DNA of 64,000 nucleotides, from the NCBI GenBank assembly GCA_051362555.1, contig CM120649.1:14198001-14262000 (forward strand). Direction: 5' to 3'. The position numbers and the translations under genes were made by a program. This DNA is from Lingula anatina (taxonomy: Eukaryota; Animalia; Brachiopoda). A model generated the notes under the pieces. The model saw nothing but the letters and a program-made list of their open reading frames with translations, ran no database searches and was not told the DNA's origin. This document shows, piece by piece, positions 40,301 through 52,700 of the stretch. Within the stretch, counting starts at the first letter, position 1. The number at the start of each line of letters is the position of its first letter.

Positions 40301-43300
40301 TTCCTTGTATGATATTTTAGATTTACTGTACAGATCAGATGGTGTCAGTGGCTTCCTCAGGGAGATACATGTTCATAAAGTACGACGACCGCTGGGCAAG
40401 TAACTCACTGGGATTCAACCTAACTTACCAATCCCGTACGTTTGATCAATTTAAAAAATAACAAACAATGAAATGACTGCACAGAGTGATGTTTTTTTTT
40501 TCTATTTTCATTAAGTTGTAACTTCAGTGTTGACTAATCATAGCAGTATTATACCCCAGATAACGCGACAGTATTGGCCCAACGTAATTATGTAAGGCGA
40601 TTTTTTTCCTCATAAAGACGCGCTTAAAATGTTTTTGCTTGAATTGATAAGAACTACAATGCTGTTTGCAGAGGTAATTCTGTTTCTCAGGGCCTTTGCT
40701 AGATCCAATGTCAGATTTTAAATTGTTGGGGATACAATTTCGTAATTGCACCGTACCAACGTATGTGATGCTTTGCTTTGGCGACCTGAAATAATCTTTT
40801 AAATAACGAAACCTCTTGATCTTTCTGCCAGATAAACGCCGCCAGTGCGGGTGCGGAGGTGACTATGAGCTCACGGCCCCCACAGGGACCCTCCTCTCCC
40901 ATAAGGATTTTGACAGCTCGGACGGGATGTTGGTTCGACAGAAGTATCTACCTTGGTCTCGGTGTCAGTGGCTCATTCTTATGCCTGCAACTGCTCTGGT
41001 GACGCTAAGGTAAAGTTGATTGTAATTAACACAGGTTCATGTTTTATAATACACATACACTTACAATATATGAACGTAATGACAGTAGACAGATTCTACA
41101 AACATTTTCTCCCTAATTTAATAGAAGTCATTCGGATCGGATGTACAGTCCCGCCGGAAAGTCCCCTTACCAAAAGGCTGCATAGTCTCCCAACCCTGCC
41201 CCGTATGGTCGAACAATAGAGGCCGCATGATAATTACAGGGTAGGGGAATCGGCAAGAAATTATTATCGGACACCCTAATAACGTGAAGGTATTGTTTTC
41301 TGATTTCATTGTTTGTTCTCTGTTGTCGTGACTGTGGTTGCGTGCGACGTTGTATATGTGCGAACGCTTGTTTTTACGTCGCTTATTCTTCTTTGTTACG
41401 TTAAAATGATACATACGTTACCGATACATACATTACCATGAAGCGTGTAAATATTTATTCTATTTTCATTGGTTTTCTTTCGCTTTGTGGGCCAACACTT
41501 ATGTCTTTTATTTGTGTTTCATTAAAATAGTGTTGGCGCACAAAAGGAAAGACAACCAATGAAAATAGAATAAAAAATATTTACACGCTTTATGGTAACG
41601 TATGTATCATTTTAACGTAACAAAGAAGAATGAGCGACGTTATAACATGCGTGCGCACATATACAACGTCGCACGCAACAACAAAGTCGCGACAACAGAG
41701 AACAAACAATGAAATCAGAAAACAATACCTTTATTTGGTTACGTATGTATCGGTGACGTATGTATCATATAAACAATTTCAACAAACGGTTTCAAGACAA
41801 GTAATCTTTACTTGCTCTGCTTTTCCTTTTTATTGTAATGTAGTATACCGTAAGAATAAGGCGAACGCTCACAAAACGGACAACAAACAATAAAAAATAT
41901 TTACACGCTACATGGTAACTATTTTCATTGGTTGTCTTTCGATTTGTGGGCCAGCACTTATGTCTAAATGCTACATTAAAATGAAAGAAAACGAGACGAA
42001 TGAGATTTCTTGCCTTCAACTATCTGTGAATTGTCCATTTGATTCATACGTTACCGATATGTACGTGACCAAATAATATGAAGGTGTTGTTTTCTGATTC
42101 CATTGATAGTTTTCTGTTGTCACGACTTTGTGAGTGGGTGTGACTTTGTATATGTTCGCACTACGTTTAACGGCGCTCATTCATATTTGTTACGTAAATA
42201 TGATACCTGTACATACGTTATCAAATAACGTGAAGGTATTGTTTTCTAATTGCATCGTTTGTTCTCTGTTGTTGTGACTCTGTGGTTGCGTGCGACGTTG
42301 TATATGTGCGCATGCTTGTTTTTACGTCGCTCTTTCTACTTTGTTACGTTAAAATGATACATATGTTACCGATACATACGTTACTATGAAGCGTGTAAAT
42401 ATTTATTCTATTTTCATTGCTTTTCTTTCGCTTTGTGGGCCAATACGTATATCTTTTATTTGTGTTTTATTAAAATAGTGTTGGTGCTCAAAAGGAAAGA
42501 CAACCAATGAAAATAGAATAAAAATTATTTACACGCTTTATGGTAACGTATGTATCATTTTAACGTAACAAAGAAGAAAGAGCGACGTAATAACATGCGT
42601 GCGCACATATACAACGTCGCACGCAACCACAGACTCGCGACAACAGAGAACAAAAAATCATATCAGAAAACAATATCTTCACATTATTTGGTAATGTATG
42701 TATCGGTGACGTACACTGTATGTATCATATAAACAATTTCAACAAACGGTTTCAAGACAAGTAATATTTACTTGCCCTGTACATATACCACTTTTCTCAT
42801 GAGGACAATGAAGTGAAATGTCCCTTGTGATGTTATATAAAATATAAAAATAAAATAAATAAAAATATAAATATAAAATATCCAGGGTCTTGGATAAAAT
42901 TGAAAAAAATGACTCTTTTGGACAGCATCAATAAGAGGAAAAAGTCCTTTATGGTGCATGTAGCCAAAAGCACAGGGTTGGGAAAGGGAATCCTGAAAGG
43001 CATGGTCAATAGAACTAGAAGGAGAGTGAGACCGCAACGGAGGCTGCAAGATGATATATACAGAGCGGTGGGCTTGACAATGGCTGAACTTTTCAAGGTT
43101 GCTCAGGACCGGGACTGTTGGAGACGTACCGTTGCATGTGCCACGGCGGGTCAGCCTTGACCCTTCCGTCTCTGATGATAATGATGTTATATAAGTCGTT
43201 GAAAGAAGAGAGATACCTTTGCATCCAAAATTAGCGAAAATTGATGGGGTTACTTGCTAGTCTACCGTTTAAAACATAGTTATTGGTAACAAAAACGTTT

Positions 43301-46300
43301 TACATAAAAATAACGAACATTTCAATTATAGATTTGACCATTTCGATGTTCGAGGCAAGTCTTCCGCCGGCCTTTGCTATGGGGATATGTTGGTTGTCCA
43401 CGACGGCAGTTCCAATCGAACTATTGGACAAACTTTCTGCGACAGTTACCAGGAGCCATTTTCCCTGACGTCGACAAGCAGTAGCCTTGGTGTGAGGTTC
43501 TTAACCGGACCAATGGAAAGTATGGATACCAGAGGAACGGGATTTATTTTGACCTACTTTGGTTAGTTTTTTATGTTCAAAGTTTTCATTTTGATTCTAA
43601 ATGTCTAAATGGTTTTCATTCGATGCAAGCTCATCTGAAACGCACTTCTGTTAATCAAACCAATTTAGATAAACGTTTTGATTTTACACAAATATGTGTT
43701 CTATTCAAACTGTTAGAATAAACAGGAATTTTTAAGTATAGGTAAAGCAAATATCAATTCAAGTAAATTAACTTTGACCATTACATTTTTCCACCCATCT
43801 TTTTCGAGAAGAAAACCTGTTATTTTATCTTAGTGCTTTATACAGGTTCAGTATGATTACCAAAAAATTATATTGCAACATAGTATGACTTTTGCTGTAT
43901 AAGTACTGGCGAGAAGCATCTTAATGCATTGCGAGCTTAAAACGGTTTAGTTTCAACCAAAAAGCTTGTGTTAACACACTGGTTCAGTGTTGTATTTAAT
44001 ACCTTTCGTTGTTGTAGCAACTTGCAACATGCCACCTCGTATCCCTGGAACTAACGTGACGTTCATTGATAGCAACAATGATGGCCTTGACATTGTGACG
44101 TACGGAGAGTCTATCTTGTTCACGTGCCAGCCAGGATACAATATGGCCGGTGGTGACGTCATCAAGACGTGTCTAGGAAATGGAACTTTTTCGGGCATCG
44201 ATCTTCAGTGCATGCGTAAGTTTTAGAAAGGTTTTCTAATATTTTGCGACAACTTAAATGTTCTTTCTTGAGAGGGTTAAATCGCGATTTCTAGACCTTT
44301 TACTTTCATAACTATACCAATGCCAACTCTGTTATACACTGTAGCTGGCGTATGTTGTCAGTTCCCTGAATCATTAAAATGTGCACAACAGAGTATATTA
44401 TTATAGAATTACCATCTGCCTATTTTACTCCAAGTACAATGTACATGTACAATGTACCTTCTCATACACAGAGGTCGTTTTCAAAATGTGACAAACTCAT
44501 TAGTGGCAAATCGTTTGTGTTCTATAATCATCTTAATATGTCATATTTAATCACCGACGTAACCTGTGAAGACGCACGAAAACAATATCTTATACTGTCA
44601 CGAGTGTCGTGTACTCGTCATGTTTTGTTTCTCACCCTACACAGCCGTACGTTGCCACGACATCCCAATCATTGCCAACACCCAGTCATACTACACTGAT
44701 GTGAATCTTGATGGCGACACTGTTGTCTCGTTCCGCGAAGTAGTCACGTACGAGTGCACCATGGGATACTTTCTGATGTCAGGGGACCAAGAGCGTCGGT
44801 GTCAACAGAATGGGAGCTTTAGCGGGACAGATGTCGTTTGTGAAGGTAGGTTAATAACACTGAAGTGTTAAGACAATATCTGTGTTATTCAAAATTGAAG
44901 CTGAAACGCAATTTTGAACATCAAATGATGAAAAAGGATTAAATAAAGTAAAATAAAAGTATATTAATTAAGTACATGTATATTTAATAAACAATCTCGC
45001 ATTAATCATTTTGTTATGTTCTCAAAGAGTTATGGTGGGCACAAAGCGTATGTAACCAAGTATGTAGGGTATTTCACTAGTAGAAAAACGATGAATTTTT
45101 ATCTACTGATGAGTACTCCCACTTTTAAATGTCATATCGCATACTGTACATGTACATGCAGCTCATATACTTTTAGCTCTAATGTGCCACATCCCGCCTA
45201 TTCCTCATACCACACATACATTTCTGATGCACAACGAGAACCTCACATATCTTCACGAGGTAGAATACGTTTGTGACTATGGTTACCGGACCAATAGTGG
45301 GGACTCAGTGCGCATGTGCCAAGCAGACGGAAGTCTCAGTGGCCAGAATCTCGACTGTAAACGTATGTTGTTTTTGATTTATTATCTAATTTGATATTGA
45401 ACACGCCTTTTTAATTATCTTAAACAAAAAGGTGATTTGAATCATTGAAATTTATATTTAAAAGCATTTTCTTCGTCAACTTTTAAATATAATTGTTTAA
45501 CGAAGGTTAGGACATCACTTAATGACCTATTTTTACACCATCTCTAAATTCCAATTTTATCTGCTTCATGAAATGTTAGCTTCTCATGCACAGATTTTCA
45601 TTCACTACTTTTTTGCATTGTTTTTTTTTTTCAGCTGTAACCTGCGCATATGTTCCTGAAATTCCACAAACAAACATATCATACGTTGACCTGAACAGAG
45701 ATGGCAAAGACATTGTGACATTTGGTGAGACTGTGACTTACCATTGTCAAAAAGGGTACCTGCGAAGTGCCGCTGGTAACGAAACCCGGTTTTGCATGGC
45801 CGATGGCACTTTAAATGGCACGGATGTAGCTTGTTATGGTAAATTGTCACTTTATGAAAATTCTTCAGTCGCCTGCTGTTCGATCTGCATTTCAGATGTG
45901 CAATATCTGATATTTACAACCAGTTGCTTGCCTTCGAAATCTAGAAAAAAGTACAAAAATTCTTATAGCAAGCCCCACTACCCCATACTGCCGTATGGCA
46001 CTCCTTTATTAATTTATTAATTTTAACAGTATATTCCTGCCCCTTTTATATTATAACCCTTTTCTTTGTACGAATTAAAAATACCTAACGTTGTTTCTCA
46101 TTGTACTAATTACTGCTACAAGAAAGCAAATAAGAATAGCCAACTATTTGCCTGCATATACTAACAGAATAATTGTTTTTATTAATGTGTATTAAACTGC
46201 TGCCTAAAAAAATAATTACCATGATTGTTTTTAGCAATACGCTGTCTTGACGTACCACTCCTTCCCTACTCGACCATGACCAGCACCGACAGCAATGACG

Positions 46301-49099
46301 ACGGCGAGGAGATCATATCCTACAGAGAGGCAGCAAACTACCAATGTTTGCAAGGTTATTATAGGAAATCTGGCAGCGAAAGGAGAATTTGCCAGAGCAG
46401 CGGTTCTTTAGACGGCGAGGACCTCGTTTGTGCACGTGTGTATTTTATGGCATTCATTTTTAACAAGTTGAATGCGAGGTCATTGGGAGGCATAGTTTCA
46501 GTTTTGAATTGTTTTTGGCTCGGAATAATTTATACATGACAAGGGCGTTACAGCGCAAGCAATAAACCTCCACTGTTTTAGCTCAGACAGGCCGAGTAAA
46601 CTGCATACACATACCGGTACCTTAGAGTGAACAGAATTTCAACTTATTCATGTTAAATAATATATTTAGCTTAACTGTCTTCCTAGTCTCTAGTCTTCCT
46701 GTCTTCCAAGTCTCTTTAATGTGATCTTTGAGTGAGATTAAAATATCACGAATTATTTTCTTATAGCTAGACAATGTAACATTATCCCAGTGCCGGAAAA
46801 TACCGAATACTTTTCTGAAGATACTAACAACGATGGTCAGGATACCGTGACGTTTACGGAAGTTGTGCACTACGTGTGCAGAAACGGGTTCTTTCCAATG
46901 GGAGGAAATTTGAAAAGGACGTGTCAGCATGACGGGCAATTAAACGGGACAGATCTCTACTGTAAAGGTAAAGCAGTTGCTTGTGAAAAAACGGGAAAGT
47001 GTTGCCCTATGCTTCATAGCCCTTTAATTTACTTCAAAGACAAGACTTAAAAGCAAATGTAAATAATTCCAGTGTCAATTTTAAAATTCCAACCGTTTTG
47101 CTTTATTACCGTATATTTGGTAAGCTTAGACAACATCATAACGATTATCGAACCATAAGCACAACAAGGCGTTTGGATGAAGGCACCGTATAAGTTGCAA
47201 CCATTTGAATTTATCTGAACTGCGTGTTTCCATATGGCATATTAAGTGCTTTCAGATCCTACATGTCTCCTACATGTATATATAGCCTGAAATGGTAGTG
47301 TGAAGGTAAACTCAAACATTGTCTTTATAGCTGTTGATTGCAAAGCGCCACCTAAGGTTGAGAACGCCGTTGTCATGGTGACTGAAACTTCACTCGGTTC
47401 TGTGGCCCATTATTTCTGTAATGCTGGGTACCAAAGTCAAGGCCGGCATACTTTCAGTGGCGAATGTAGTAAAAATGGGGATTGGATTGGAGAATTTACA
47501 GACTGCTCAGGTAAATAACTGATTACTTGTTTTCAGACGGCTGAAACAGTCTCGAATGAAAACTACTCGTCTTGCTATTCCTTTTATACTAATGCGCAAT
47601 ACTCAGTCCGCGCATCTCCAATTCCCCACCCTATGATCTCATTTCCTCACCTGACTTGCTTCTCTAACACATTTACGTTGACTCGTTAAACGACAATAAA
47701 TTCATTTCTTTGGTGGAAACACAATCTACGGGAAAAATCATTTTATCTGTGGAATTGGCTGGCTTAATTCAAATTTTCCAATGTATATGCTCATAAATTC
47801 TTGTAGCAGCTTCATTTGATCATCCGCACCCAAAATATTACCAAATAGCCGACTGTGGTTCGGTTTCCATTTTTAGGTGTATTCTGCAAGCCTCCAGCAT
47901 CCATTCCAAACGCTGTTACTTCTGTTGGGAACCATGCTGCGAAACCCTGGGGATCATACATCAATATCACGTGTCTCCCAGGATATCTCATGGAACACGT
48001 GACTGGGGGTGTGGTCACGTGGACATGCCAGGGAAATGGCTCATGGGAAGGGTTGAAAGTCAGCTGCAAGGCCATCGGTACATTTCTATTGTATTACTTT
48101 GTAAAATGTTTCAAGGTGCATAAGCGTATGTGTTAATTCTCACCATCGGTGCACTGTTAAAAAGCAAAAAAGCAAAAAAAATTAAGACTGAATTAATTTA
48201 GCATGTACTGGTAAACACATGAACAAACATGTTCATGTACAATGAAGGGCCCCAATGCCATGTTATTCCGCCAAGTCTCTTATGCAACTTATGTCTTAAA
48301 ATCTTTTGACAATTGTTTTAGATTCATGGAAATAGTTTACAGTTACCATTTGTCCTAAAACATATTTCTTTTAAATGTGCTAAAATTCCTAAAAAGTAGA
48401 TTTTGCTCACTGTTTTCCATAGATGACAGGCCCTCTCGGTCGAACGGGAACCAAAGCTATGACTGGATCATTTTTGTCATCGCAGTCGTCTGCGCAACGG
48501 TTTTGATCGCCATCATGGTAGCAGTAATAGCAATACTGACGGACAAAAGAAGGCGGATATCAACCAAAATGCGTCGTCTACGACGTGAGTACGAATCCTC
48601 TAGTCTCAGCTCTCCGCCGCTCTCTAGTCGAGGCACGCCGTCTTGTTTGTCAGATAGGAATCTCTTGGCTGGAGGGCTTCCACTAGCGTACCCTGGCGGG
48701 ATGTTTGTAAGTGAGGCTTCAAAGGAAATGTACGAGGATATTTGGCGGTGGTACAAAATCAGCGACGCGGAAAATCTAGCAGACGACAGGAATGATACAG
48801 GTACGCGTGCGCACTTCAATCAATTTTCTGAAGCCCCATTGTATATGCATAGCGTAGACGGACCGAATTGCGATTTGAATGAGAAAGATTTCATTGAACC
48901 CACCAATACAGAGCAAAGAATATCGCAAGCTCGGGACTGGGGAAACAGTATGCTGCAACAACGTGGAACAAAAAACTCCAGGGACAGTTCGCCGGGTAAT
49001 CAGTTTCGGTTGGATGACGGCGTCATCCCAAAGCAGTGGGAAAAAGAAAACATGCGTCCAGAGGAAGAAATAATAATTTACGAAGACTTGACATGTTAA
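37321..49099 (+). CDS. Type I membrane protein: signal peptide, 3 CUB, 8 Sushi/CCP, TM, ~185-aa cytoplasmic tail
   Basis: 15 phase-consistent exons: 37321-37429 (signal; alternative ATGs 37366/37381), 37894-38313 (CUB1), 39767-40005 + 40321-40435 (CUB2), 40832-41009 + 43332-43561 (CUB3), Sushi 44018-44215, 44645-44845, 45177-45362, 45635-45838, 46235-46435, 46767-46967, 47331-47510, 47877-48077, last exon 48423-49099. CUB motifs CxWxI and GFxxxY; Sushi C-P...YxCxxGY...RxCxxxGx(W/F/L)xG...C; TM WIIFVIAVVCATVLIAIMVAVIAIL followed by KRRR. Confidence 0.9.
41278..41820. repeat. Long palindrome/foldback element, copy 1 (~220-bp arms, centre ~41515) plus tail
   Basis: aaggtattgttttctgatttcattgtttgttctctgttgtc...tgtgggccaacact pairs with agtgttggcgcaca...gacaacagagaacaaacaatgaaatcagaaaacaatacctt. 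Confidence 0.85.
42223..42780. repeat. Long palindrome/foldback element, copy 2 (direct repeat of 41278-41820, ~945 bp apart)
   Basis: Same arms and same tail (tgtatcatataaacaatttcaacaaacggtttcaagacaagtaat). An extra diverged arm copy lies at ~42045-42222. Confidence 0.85.
42880..43187 (+). mobile_element. 5'-truncated non-LTR retrotransposon 3' end (RTE-clade-like)
   Basis: ORF 42900-43160 has the typical RTE-type C-terminus (ILKGMVNRTRRRVRPQRRLQDDI...AQDRDCWRRTV), followed by a short 3' UTR and a (TGA)n-like tail. Confidence 0.75.
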
Positions 49100-49744
49100 A
49101 GGGTTAAACAGTTGCATGTAACCAGAGGCCTTAGGAAACACACACACATACACACACACACACACACACACGTACGATAAAACGTGACAACTAGACAGTA
49201 TGCTGCAGACTTGGTGTAAACAGTTTCCCATGGTGCGTGACAGTGCGGTTTAAGGGGTAAATTAATGTAAACAATAATAGTGTGCAGCGTGTTGATTTTA
49301 GAGTGGTTATCATCAGACTGAAATACACCGTCACATACAGGTATATTAATCATCCGAAAGACTTTTAATAATTAAGCAGGCTTAATAATTGTTTAAATTT
49401 TGGCGACTACCCTTCATATCTCATTTACAAATGAAAAAAGTTGGTGAATGAATATTCTAAACCTAAATTAAAGGAGTGAAGACGGTACGAATATAATGTG
49501 GAGGTGAATAACAATCTCAACTATTACTTTTACATGCATTTTTCCTTTAACTGTATAATACATATAAATTAATAGATATTTTTCACTGCATACTGGTTCA
49601 TACTCTCTAAATACATCGAAAACCACATCTATACATGTTTCTCTTGCATATATCTTAAGGATGTTGTCTTATGTAAAATTTGCTTTGCAGTCGCCATATG
49701 TTGATAAAAACATTCAAATTCAATGTCTGTTTATTTACACAACG

Positions 49745-52700
49745 TCAGCATGTTCGAAGATGTCCGAGATAATCTCTGTTCGAATTTCTAGATTCCTTGA
49801 TGACAGCATATAGTTCAGTGTGGTGTTGGAGTTCCAGACCAGATGTGTACGTTATAAGAGTCAGAGCAGATTGGTCATAACGATGGTTTCTTAAGCTCGA
49901 TCCTGCTGGGGCTATGCATTCCTTGGTCAGTGCACATTTGACCCATGGTTTCAGGATCTTCTCATACGTATCATTCCTTTTGGTCCAGCCATTAAGATTT
50001 CCTGAGTACGATGGTTTCAACTTAAAGGTTTTCTTGTCTAAACCCATGAAAGTGCACATTTTTTCATAGAGGAACACCGTTGTATCACCATCTTGTCCTT
50101 GGACAAGCAGATATCCATCATGTTGGATCAAGTTATCAATTTGTGTTATTTTACCACGGATGTGACTACCGGCATCGATCCAAACAATGTTACCCACTTC
50201 GTCTACCATTTGTTTTATTATAACTGGTTTCCAAGCATACTCTTTTAAATTCTTTAAATGCTGAGGGTATTTTTCGAAAGGAAAACGTCGATATGTCACA
50301 TTACACCATGTTTGAGCTTCCTGCACTTGCTCTGGCGTCAAACCTAGATCCCACACCACTATATTCAGTCCTGGTGCCCAGTAATGAGCTGATCCAACAA
50401 AGTTCCTCAATCCAGGAGAATAATATCCGGAATTTGCCCCCGTTACAAGAGTGAAAGAGTAATTTCGAATTCGGTTTGGCATCGGTCCTGCAATATGTGT
50501 AAAGTGAGCCATTACCTTTCTTGTGCCAATTTATGCAAGTATATAGAGGTATCTGGGTTCAGCAACCATCCATGAGCTTCTGAGGTACACCCTCCCCAAA
50601 ACAGTACCCTCACCCCAAACCTATTGTTATAACCCTGGTCAGCCACTACATAGGTATACATCACTCAACGTGCCATGGATGTTATCGTCGACACTTCTGT
50701 GCAGAGATAGATTAAGTGCGGCTTTAAATGTAAGAGTTTACTAAAGATTTTCGATATTAAGGAATAGACACAGAGGCAGGCCAAAAAATGACCCATTTAT
50801 AAGCAGGAACAGAAAGGAAAAAAGAGGAATAGAGCGGAACGCGTTAGCTTTATTTATAGAATTTAGGAAAAAACATTCCATTCTGAAAAAAAAACACCTT
50901 CGACCGAACGAGCGTCCGAGCTTACTAAAACTGAAATAAGTTAAAAAGGTCGGTATTTTTTCTCTATTAGATACTTGACCAGTGGTTAAATCGCATGTAC
51001 ACATTTACATTGCTGCTTCAGTCAATACCTTATCATGAAATTAGAACAGTTCTGTAACTGATATGGAGTTCTTAGCGTGGTATATGGTCATAAAATGTAG
51101 AGATAAGCATCTTTCAGTACTTGAAGATATTTATCCTAATCGTTATCGATGCGTCTGAATATGAGAACAAGGACGCTTTAAGCCGTGTGCTAGCTAAAGG
51201 AATACTAGTTAAGCTGCATTCCATGACTGACGCAAAGATATACTTAAATCATTTTTTTCTCAATATTCAGGTCAATGCCAAATACTGTGGGCCATAAGGG
51301 GTCTATTGGATCATCAAAAGAATACATGTAAAACGTGCCTTGACGATTGCGAATTTTTAACCTTTAACCGTTTTATTTGTTTTACGTATACATGTAAATG
51401 TGAACACTTTAACATGTCATAAAGAGGAAAAGTTTGATTAATTGTTCTCTGCTCTTCTCCTTGTAAGAAGCTGATACCTCTCTAGTAAGATTTTTTGTGT
51501 TATTTTTATGTGGCACTTAGCCACGGCCATAATTAATGGTATAGGCGAGGGATATGTCAGCCTGGAGTGTAACACTATCCTTTAATTGAATATAGTTATC
51601 TTAGTACAAAGTTATAGACTACATAAAAATCCATGTATCCAATGAATTGTTCAAACAGGACACGTGATGTATCGAGAATACATTACCCTGGAAAAGCTTA
51701 GGGCTCATTCCGAACAAGCTGATTCGCGGAATTATATATCCGAGGATCAAACATGGCGACCCATTTAAAAATCAATGCCAACCAATCTCTTGATGGTCTC
51801 CCCGCCTCGACACGGGGTACCATTTTTGTTTTGAAACTATTCATGGATTTTTGGTTGACTTATATGAAAATGATCCAGTTTAGAGCTTCAAAATAATAAT
51901 TATTTTGAAAAATATGGCCTCCAAGATTTTAGTGGCTGTCAGTATATAACCAAAAGATTTGTAAGATGTTTTGCTTATTGACTCTTTAAAATGTAAAGTG
52001 AAAAAAAGTGCAGTAATAAGAAAAATTAGAAATGCTGTTATATACTGATGAAATATTCATACACGTGCCAATCTCAATAAAAAGAATGGGAAGTTTTAAA
52101 GCTACATTTTATGTACATACTGAAAAAGTTACGATAAAGATATAAAATCAAAATATTAAGGTATGATCAATAAAGTAAACAAAAACGAAAAAAAATTATA
52201 AGGTTAATATTTTGACAAAAGTTAAAATTACATTCCCCTCCCCATCCCCCGTCCCCACCAACGGACTTGGTTGGACTCCATGTAAATATGAGTCCCGAAT
52301 TTGGACTCCCTGTGCCCGAATTCCTGCAGAACCCCCTGTTGGCCCTTGATAAACTTTTCATCAGATTAAGCCTGTATTAAAAAGAGAACTTACGTGATGG
52401 TCAGCCCTATCAATGATCCTCTTTTATAGAGTCTTAGTATAACTGTACCTTTCAAGTACACTTTGTCAATAAATAAAAGGGTTTGATATATATTATACGC
52501 CGAATTATCAGTTTAAAATGTAATTTAACTGATTTTTTACCTTTTTGGGCATGTTTTAATGGTCATTTGAAATGCGGAATACCATGCACTTTAAACCCGA
52601 CTCTTTGCTATGTTATATAATCATTTATTTATAATATAATGATATTATATTTTTATATTATTGACGGCCATCTTGAATTTTGAAAATTGATCAATGTGCC

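Noticed and set aside
41278-42780. CRISPR-like array
   Set aside because: Long inverted arms in a eukaryotic intron; no repeat-spacer periodicity and no cas genes.
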